From Candidatus Iainarchaeum sp. (lineage in GTDB: Archaea; Iainarchaeota; Iainarchaeia; Iainarchaeales; CSSED10-239), in the NCBI GenBank assembly GCA_028700115.1, contig JAQVTI010000026.1, positions 1 through 5,654 of the forward strand: a DNA stretch of 5,654 nt, in the 5' to 3' direction. Below, in pieces: positions 1 through 5,654 of this stretch. Every line of letters starts with the position of its first letter. The first letter of the stretch is position 1. The notes under the pieces were generated by a model, which saw nothing but the letters and a program-made list of their open reading frames with translations, made no database searches and was not told where the DNA came from. The position numbers and the translations under genes are program-made.

Positions 1-68
1 TCCTCAACGATTTTATCTTTTTCCACATCTTCTATAAACTGTTGTTTTGTGGATTCATAAACTAGCAT
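1..68 (-). CDS. Partial CDS (first 22 codons only): MLVYESTKQQFIEDVEKDKIVE..., resembling the N-terminus of DUF2075 / Schlafen-group-3-type DNA/RNA helicase domain proteins
   Basis: Minus-strand translation from ATG at 66-68 is open to the window edge. Good Shine-Dalgarno AAAAGGAAATAATTATG; starts 12 nt after the MazG-like stop. The family call rests only on remembered similarity of a short N-terminus (M-I/L-V-Y-E-A/S-T-K-x2-F-x2-D-V). Confidence 0.55.
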   Translation of the reverse strand, partial: MLVYESTKQQFIEDVEKDKIVE

Positions 69-80
69 AATTATTTCCTT

Positions 81-437
81 TTATTCTCTACCAGGCTTTT
101 CCCAAAAACCATTATATTTTTCAACAGGATATTTAATTGCTGCTTTCTTTTGTTTATTATAAAATGCTTTTTCTAAATCTATTTTATTTCTTCCAGAAAA
201 CATTAATAGAAAAGTAAAGGTATCTGCTAGTTCGTCTTCAATCATTTCTCTTTTCTTTGGATTTTTTAGCATTTCTTTTATTTCTTTATCTGATTTAAAT
301 CTAAATAGTTCTAATAATTCTGTTCCTTCAGTTACTATTCCTATCGCTAAATCTTTAGTTTTATGATATTTTCCCCATTTTCTATCATTTGCAAATTTCA
401 TTGCAGAATTCTCTAAATCTTTAATTGTTTTAACCAT
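81..437 (-). CDS. MazG-like nucleotide pyrophosphohydrolase (all-alpha NTP-PPase), 118 aa
   Basis: TEGTELLELF (ExxE) and IEDELADTFTFLLMF (ExxD) helices, followed by the family-like tail KAFYNKQKKAAIKYPVEKYNG. Good Shine-Dalgarno: AGGTGAAATTATG (minus strand, ending 435). Confidence 0.88.
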   Translation of the reverse strand: MVKTIKDLENSAMKFANDRKWGKYHKTKDLAIGIVTEGTELLELFRFKSDKEIKEMLKNPKKREMIEDELADTFTFLLMFSGRNKIDLEKAFYNKQKKAAIKYPVEKYNGFWEKPGRE

Positions 438-490
438 AATTTCACCTATGTTATATTTATAAGAAACTTAATATATTTAAATGTATTCAA

Positions 491-3400
491 TTATTTATTT
501 AAATTTTGTAATACTTCTTCTAATATTGGTAAAATTTGTTGTTTAGCTAAGAATTTTAAATCACCTTGTCTTTTATAAGACCCAATACATTTTATACACC
601 CATTTGTACAACAAGGATTCTTACATAACTCAATTGCTTTTTCAAAAATTTGTTTAAAATTTGTATTAAATATTTCGATAAATCCAACACCCCCTTCTAC
701 AGTATCAAAAAATATAAATTCGCCATCACCTATTCTTAAACCATTAATTTCTCCATCTTCACAACCAGAAATTAATCTTGCAGAAGCCAGCAATGTATTT
801 AATGTAGTTTTATCTAATATTTTTGTGTCTTTTAATTTATTATCTAAATTATCATTTAAATTTATGTGTGTCGCAACAGTATTATATTTATCTAATATGT
901 CTCCATCTAAAATTTTGTGTTTACCTTTATCAATACAAACTGCTTTTTTATCAGAATTTGTATAAAATATCCCGCATTTTTCACAAATATGGTATTCTGA
1001 ATTACCTCTAACGCCAATAAATTTAAGACCGATGTTACATTTAAAGGTTTTTTGAAGAGAGGTAAAATTTTTTGGCGGATCTATTAATATTATCTCCCAA
1101 TCTACTTTTTTAGGATTTAAACTAAATTTTTTTTCTTGAGCATAAATTACTTGTGGTTTAAATAAAGTTCTTTGAACAGAAACTAAATTTTTAGCACATA
1201 TCGGACAAACAGAATATTGTTCATCAATTAATATAATTTTACACATTTCACAAGTTTTATATTTTGTAGTAAATTCAATTATATTGGATTTATTTATACT
1301 TATAGATTTACATTTATACCTTCTTTTATTTGCATCTAATGTACTAGGAGGGCATGTTTCTCTTAAAGAAAAACCTAATACTGATGGTTTGTCTTTTATT
1401 TTTATAATTGTGCCACCACTACCAAATGCAAAATCCGGAATTAATCCAAATAATCTAAATATAGTTAATGTATCTTTATTTTCTTGATTAGAATTATATT
1501 CTGATCTTACAAAAATAATACATTTGTCTAATTTTGATATCCACTCTAAAAACATTTTATCAAAATCAACTATATCTTTTACTGGAAAAATAGACTCCGA
1601 AAATTCAGTAATTATTAATTTAAATTTATCTGTATAATATTTACTCATATATTCTTTTATTTCTTTATATCTTTCAATCCAATTGTATATAGATTTCCAA
1701 GAATAATTTTTAGGAAATAATTCTAAGAACGTACTTTCAGACAATATATTTTGTAAAAATAATGAAAAAATAGATTTGCTAATAGGGTATTCTAAGTTCA
1801 AATCAAAAGAGGGTGGATAAATTCTACCCGAAATCAATTCTGACGGATTGAAATAATAATACCCGCCTAATGTAGAATCTTCTAAATAGGTAACGACAAG
1901 AGCAGATTCTGAATTTCTACCTGCTCTTCCGGATCTTTGAGTATAATTAGCAGGGGTTGGCGGGCTATATAATTGACCAACACAAGCCAAATCCCCTATA
2001 TCAATTCCCAACTCTAATGTAGGGGTGGCAATTAATATTAATTCTTGAGACTCTCTAAAATCAGATTCTATTTTTTTTCGGTATTCTGAATCTGTTTTTC
2101 CAGTGTCATTTTCTGTTTTAATAATAGGGACGTCATAATTCCAGTTATCAAAATAATTATCTGACTCAATAAAATCTGTCTTGCCTTTTTTTATAATAAT
2201 ATATGCTTCATTAATTAAATATAAATTGTCTTGTGATCTTATAATCATTTTTTTATTTTGAAGTTCAGTAAATATCTGTTTCAGATCAGAAATAGACACT
2301 TCCAATTTTTTTGCAAGTATTTCTTCTATCTTTCTAATACCTTTATTTCTTATTTGATTATAATCTATTGGATTAGACAATTCATAACATTCTTTTATTA
2401 ATTTTTGATTTTTAAACCAAGAATAAATTATTTGTAATTGTTTATTAGAAATATTATCTCCTGAATAATTTAATTTTGTTTTTATCCAGCCTCTATTTAC
2501 TAAAGAACCTACTTTTTGACTTTTAGCTATAAGTTCATTATATATTTCTAAAATTATTGTATTCTTAACATTTTCATCTATGCCTTGTTTATTTAATTTA
2601 GATTTTATCTTATCACGCATAATTTCAAATTCTACATAGTCATCTTGATCTATTAGTAAATTCAATAATTCCTTTCTTACTACATTTTTTATGTGTGTTT
2701 CTTCTATTTCTCTAGCAAATTTTGAACTTCTTTGAACATTATCTGTAAAAATTAACATTTTACGATTATTATTTGTTGCATCACCTAAATTAGAATATAA
2801 CTCATCAAATACAATATGAGAACTGTTTTCATTAGAAATTTTAGATAATGGGGCAATAATTCCTTCTCTATTACTTGTTGTTTTTTGATTACAACAATAA
2901 CAAAACCGGTTGTTTTTTACATCCATTCCATTAAATTCAATAAAATCTTTATTGTTTTGCTTTTTCACTAATATATTTATTGTAATTGCATTCTGATTTT
3001 CTGGTTTAAAACTTGACAAATCATTTGTAGTCCTATCAAGAGACAATTTAAGTGTATATTTGGAACTAAAAGAACTATCTTTTGTAGTTGAAAATAAAAA
3101 TAAGATGTCTTTATCCGCCATCGATTCAGACTTTTGTTTAATATTATTACCTACTGCAAAGAATACATTATTTAATTTAATTTTATTATTTGTATTACCA
3201 TTAATAACTTTACCAAAATATAAATAATATTCTTCACCACAATTTCTACAAGTATATATTTCAAAAATTGATTTAGATCCACAATCACAAACATTTTTTA
3301 ATTCTGAATTGTGATATAATTTTCCACAAGAAATACACCTGAAAAATGGATCTACTTTTTTAAAAAAATTGTGTATCTTATATTCTTTATTAAATAAATC

Positions 3401-4342
3401 GTTATTATTTATTTCAGATAATTTAAATATATTTTTCTCTGATTCATCAGATTCAACAATATTGGTTTTATTAAATTTATTATCTTCTAAATTAAATATT
3501 TTTCTAATAAATTTAACGGTATTTTCTATTTCATCTTTATCCCCGAGTGTTGCACTCGTACCAATATATTGGATTTTATCTAAATTATTACTTGCTTTAA
3601 ATATATTATATTGTAATCGTCTAATAAGTAAAGATAAATCTATTCCTTTTGATCCACGATAAGAATGTATTTCATCAATAATCAAATATTTTAAATCCAA
3701 ATTTTGTAATAAAACATTATATTTTGGATCAGTTAATATTCTATCTAACATAGAATAGTTCGTTAACAATATATCTGGTGGATTTGAAAATATCTGTTGA
3801 CGTTCATTATCGGGAGTATCTCCATCAAAAACATTACAGCTAATTTTCTTATTATATCTTATATTTAACTTATCTAAGTTTTTATTAATTCTGATTTTTT
3901 GATTATCAGATAATGCTTTAAGTGGATATATTATTAATATTTTTGTTTTTTTTGTGTCTACTTTTAATAAATAATTAAAAATAGGATACAAGAAACATTC
4001 TGTTTTACCACTTCCTGTGCCGGTAGTAATAAGACAATTTTTATTTTCTAAAATTTGCTTCCATGCATTAAATTGATGGCAATAAGGATTAAATTTTTCT
4101 AATTCTAAAAAATTGTGCATTTCTTTACAGAAATTTAATTTTTTTATTTCACTTTTTTCTACTTTTGGATACTCTCGTTTTTCTTCTAGATAAATTTCTG
4201 AAAAAAGAGTTTTGGTATTTTTATAATAATTCATTAATTCAGATTTTAATTTTGGATTATTATATCTGCATAAAGTTGTCAAAACAAAAGAAAGATATCT
4301 GTCACTAATTTTATTACAAAGTGTTATGTATTTATCAACCAT
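491..4342 (-). CDS. Large SF2 DEAD/DEAH-box helicase with internal Cys (zinc-ribbon-like) clusters and a DUF1998/MrfA-like C-terminal Cys motif (COG1205-like), 1283 aa
   Basis: Walker A TGTGSGKT (aa 107-114, nt 4001-4024), motif Ia YPLKAL, motif Ib PDILLTNYSML, motif II DEIHSYRG (DEIH at nt 3665-3676), motif III TSAT, motif IV-like KMLIFTDNVQRSSKFA, motif V ATPTLELGIDI, motif VI QRSGRAGR (nt 1916-1939). C-terminal FDTVEGGVGFIE followed by CKNPCCTNGCIKCIGS is typical of DUF1998. A TAA stop lies immediately upstream in frame (4343-4345), so ATG at 4340-4342 is the furthest-upstream in-frame ATG. Confidence 0.96.
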   Translation of the reverse strand: MVDKYITLCNKISDRYLSFVLTTLCRYNNPKLKSELMNYYKNTKTLFSEIYLEEKREYPKVEKSEIKKLNFCKEMHNFLELEKFNPYCHQFNAWKQILENKNCLITTGTGSGKTECFLYPIFNYLLKVDTKKTKILIIYPLKALSDNQKIRINKNLDKLNIRYNKKISCNVFDGDTPDNERQQIFSNPPDILLTNYSMLDRILTDPKYNVLLQNLDLKYLIIDEIHSYRGSKGIDLSLLIRRLQYNIFKASNNLDKIQYIGTSATLGDKDEIENTVKFIRKIFNLEDNKFNKTNIVESDESEKNIFKLSEINNNDLFNKEYKIHNFFKKVDPFFRCISCGKLYHNSELKNVCDCGSKSIFEIYTCRNCGEEYYLYFGKVINGNTNNKIKLNNVFFAVGNNIKQKSESMADKDILFLFSTTKDSSFSSKYTLKLSLDRTTNDLSSFKPENQNAITINILVKKQNNKDFIEFNGMDVKNNRFCYCCNQKTTSNREGIIAPLSKISNENSSHIVFDELYSNLGDATNNNRKMLIFTDNVQRSSKFAREIEETHIKNVVRKELLNLLIDQDDYVEFEIMRDKIKSKLNKQGIDENVKNTIILEIYNELIAKSQKVGSLVNRGWIKTKLNYSGDNISNKQLQIIYSWFKNQKLIKECYELSNPIDYNQIRNKGIRKIEEILAKKLEVSISDLKQIFTELQNKKMIIRSQDNLYLINEAYIIIKKGKTDFIESDNYFDNWNYDVPIIKTENDTGKTDSEYRKKIESDFRESQELILIATPTLELGIDIGDLACVGQLYSPPTPANYTQRSGRAGRNSESALVVTYLEDSTLGGYYYFNPSELISGRIYPPSFDLNLEYPISKSIFSLFLQNILSESTFLELFPKNYSWKSIYNWIERYKEIKEYMSKYYTDKFKLIITEFSESIFPVKDIVDFDKMFLEWISKLDKCIIFVRSEYNSNQENKDTLTIFRLFGLIPDFAFGSGGTIIKIKDKPSVLGFSLRETCPPSTLDANKRRYKCKSISINKSNIIEFTTKYKTCEMCKIILIDEQYSVCPICAKNLVSVQRTLFKPQVIYAQEKKFSLNPKKVDWEIILIDPPKNFTSLQKTFKCNIGLKFIGVRGNSEYHICEKCGIFYTNSDKKAVCIDKGKHKILDGDILDKYNTVATHINLNDNLDNKLKDTKILDKTTLNTLLASARLISGCEDGEINGLRIGDGEFIFFDTVEGGVGFIEIFNTNFKQIFEKAIELCKNPCCTNGCIKCIGSYKRQGDLKFLAKQQILPILEEVLQNLNK
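587..625 (-). other. DUF1998-type terminal Cys cluster CKNPCCTNGCIKC
   Basis: C-x3-CC-x3-C-x2-C followed by IGSYKRQ; matches the C-x(n)-C-x2-GC-x2-C signature known at the C-terminus of MrfA/DUF1998 proteins. Confidence 0.8.
935..1252 (-). other. Two further Cys clusters in the C-terminal half of the helicase (CEMC...CPIC and CEKC...C)
   Basis: TCEMCKIILIDEQYSVCPIC (nt 1196-1252) is a classic CxxC-x(n)-CxxC zinc ribbon; HICEKCGIFYTNSDKKAVC (nt 935-985) is a CxxC...C pattern. Confidence 0.7.
3242..3340 (-). other. Zinc-ribbon-like Cys cluster in the helicase, after motif III (CISCGKLYHNSELKNVCDCGSKSIFEIYTCRNC)
   Basis: CxxC...CxC...CxxC spacing in the translated sequence, aa 335-367. Confidence 0.75.
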
Positions 4343-5637
4343 TTATTATCCCATTTTCTTAATCTATCAATTAATGTCCTTTTTGAATGTTTATTATATA
4401 AATAAATAAACATTAATGGAAGCACAACTTTATCCCATTTTAATAACTCTAACGGAATTTCTTTGCCATTTAATTCTAAGTTGTAACTGTTATAGATCTC
4501 AGATAAATCCTTCTGAGAATTATAATTAGTAAGTAAGAATGGTTTATAATAGATATTGGAATTTATTTTAACAAAAAACCATTTTAAATAAATATCATAA
4601 AATTCAGGATAATCTTTTGTAATATTTAATTTAAGATAAGATAATCCATTAGCTAAATTAATATAAATTTCTTCTAATTTATTTTCGGAAGAAATATATA
4701 AACGCCCAGTTAACAAATAGTTATAGTAAGCCCTCTGAACTATATTGTGACACAAAATATCTTCCGGAATAATATCAAAATTAACTTTTTCTAATATTAT
4801 CTCTCTTATTAATTTATTTTTTTTATAGGTAATATCTTTAAATAATGCAAATCCCCAGTTTTCATTATTTTGTTGTAATTCTCGTATTAAATCAATATTA
4901 TCTATACTTACTTTTACATTTTGATAATAAGTATTTAATCCATTTAATACAGACAAATTTATACTGTTTTGTCCTGTGGAATAATTATATTTAATTACGG
5001 AAACAAAATAATTAATATAATAATTTTGTTTATCTGAATCGTATTGATTCGGAGAAAATTTAGGCGAAAAATAACTCATAAAAACTTCTGCAGATCTTTT
5101 TAAAAAAGGAAAATAAATCCAATTCGAAAAAAACTTGTTCTCTTCGGTTATAAAATTAATTTGAGATTTAAAAGTTAATATATGACAATAATTTTTTGCT
5201 TTATCCCCTAATAAATATTTCTCAGATATAACTATATTTTCTATTTCTTTTGAATTTAATTTTGAACAAATTTCCTTATAAGTACTTATGTTTTTTTCTT
5301 TTAATTTATCTTCTGAACCGACCCACAAAATTAAGGAAATTGGAGTTTCTAGTTCTAAACAAATACCTAAAAAGAAATATTTGTATAACTCAGAATTACA
5401 ATAATATGTTTTAAGATCTTTAGATCTAATATATCCATCATTTATTCTTATAGTTAAAGGAAATATTCGGTCTCCTTCTATATTTAGATTTTTATTTATG
5501 TGGTTATACAAATCTCTCAAATTTTGATATTCTTTTAAATCGGTTATAAAATTTGTTACATCATTATCTAATCGATTCTTAAATCTAAATTCTTCTGGAG
5601 AATTATCTATATTTATCTGTTTATTAATCATAGTCAC
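4324..5637 (-). CDS. Uncharacterised protein (437 aa from GTG at 5637; alternative ATG at 5629-5631). Frame is open to the window edge, so the N-terminus may be longer.
   Basis: Long uninterrupted ORF on the minus strand, TAA stop at 4324-4326, 19-bp overlap with the downstream helicase start. No catalytic or nucleotide-binding motif was recognised by eye; rich in Tyr, Asn, Lys and Ile. Start codon is uncertain: the upstream in-frame codons AGA AAA AAA GAA AAA contain no stop before the window ends. Confidence 0.88.
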   Translation of the reverse strand: MTMINKQINIDNSPEEFRFKNRLDNDVTNFITDLKEYQNLRDLYNHINKNLNIEGDRIFPLTIRINDGYIRSKDLKTYYCNSELYKYFFLGICLELETPISLILWVGSEDKLKEKNISTYKEICSKLNSKEIENIVISEKYLLGDKAKNYCHILTFKSQINFITEENKFFSNWIYFPFLKRSAEVFMSYFSPKFSPNQYDSDKQNYYINYFVSVIKYNYSTGQNSINLSVLNGLNTYYQNVKVSIDNIDLIRELQQNNENWGFALFKDITYKKNKLIREIILEKVNFDIIPEDILCHNIVQRAYYNYLLTGRLYISSENKLEEIYINLANGLSYLKLNITKDYPEFYDIYLKWFFVKINSNIYYKPFLLTNYNSQKDLSEIYNSYNLELNGKEIPLELLKWDKVVLPLMFIYLYNKHSKRTLIDRLRKWDNKWLINT

Positions 5638-5654
5638 TTTTTCTTTTTTTCTAA

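Noticed and set aside
81-437. Treating the MazG-like protein as part of a mazEF toxin-antitoxin locus
   Set aside because: No mazE or mazF-like gene is nearby; the fold family is broad and here only supports NTP pyrophosphohydrolase.
438-490. Sigma70-type promoter (TTGAAT ... TATAAA/TATAAC on the minus strand)
   Set aside because: TTGAAT is 23 nt from TATAAA and other spacings give poor -35 boxes; such matches are expected by chance in AT-rich sequence.
823-1011. 62-aa plus-strand ORF
   Set aside because: Antisense to the clearly coding helicase; low-complexity composition and no recognisable motif.
1284-1487. 67-aa plus-strand ORF
   Set aside because: Antisense shadow of the helicase coding frame; no independent support.
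3369-3662. 97-aa plus-strand ORF
   Set aside because: Fully antisense to the helicase between motifs II and the first Cys cluster; Ser/Leu-rich composition is expected from reading the opposite strand.
491-4342. Naming the helicase DrmA/DrmB, DruE or DpdJ
   Set aside because: The general architecture is shared among these families and none of their diagnostic partner genes is visible, so a specific system name cannot be supported from this window.
1-5654. CRISPR array, transposon ends, tRNA/rRNA or long direct repeats
   Set aside because: Nearly all of the window is protein-coding, and no regularly spaced repeats, terminal inverted repeats or structural RNA signatures were seen by eye.

Overview
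This AT-rich window is coded entirely on the minus strand, with four tightly packed genes. In transcription order (high to low coordinate) they are: (1) an uncharacterised protein of at least 437 aa (5637->4324; its 5' end lies at the window edge and the frame stays open past it); (2) a 1283-aa SF2 DEAD/DEAH-type helicase with DEIH, QRSGRAGR, several Cys clusters and a DUF1998/MrfA-like C-terminal Cys cluster (4342->491), whose start overlaps gene 1 by 19 bp; (3) a 118-aa MazG-like all-alpha NTP pyrophosphohydrolase (437->81); (4) the first 22 codons of a gene (68->1) whose N-terminus, MLVYESTKQQFIEDVEKDKIVE, resembles the start of DUF2075/Schlafen-group-3-type DNA/RNA helicase proteins. The most interesting element is the overlapping pair of orphan protein plus multi-zinc-finger helicase. 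It resembles the helicase cores of defence systems such as DISARM, Druantia and Dpd, but no hallmark partner of those systems is visible. It is a candidate undescribed defence or DNA-processing module, possibly beside a second MazG + DUF2075-like module. All functional assignments come from reading motifs by eye; no database search was run.
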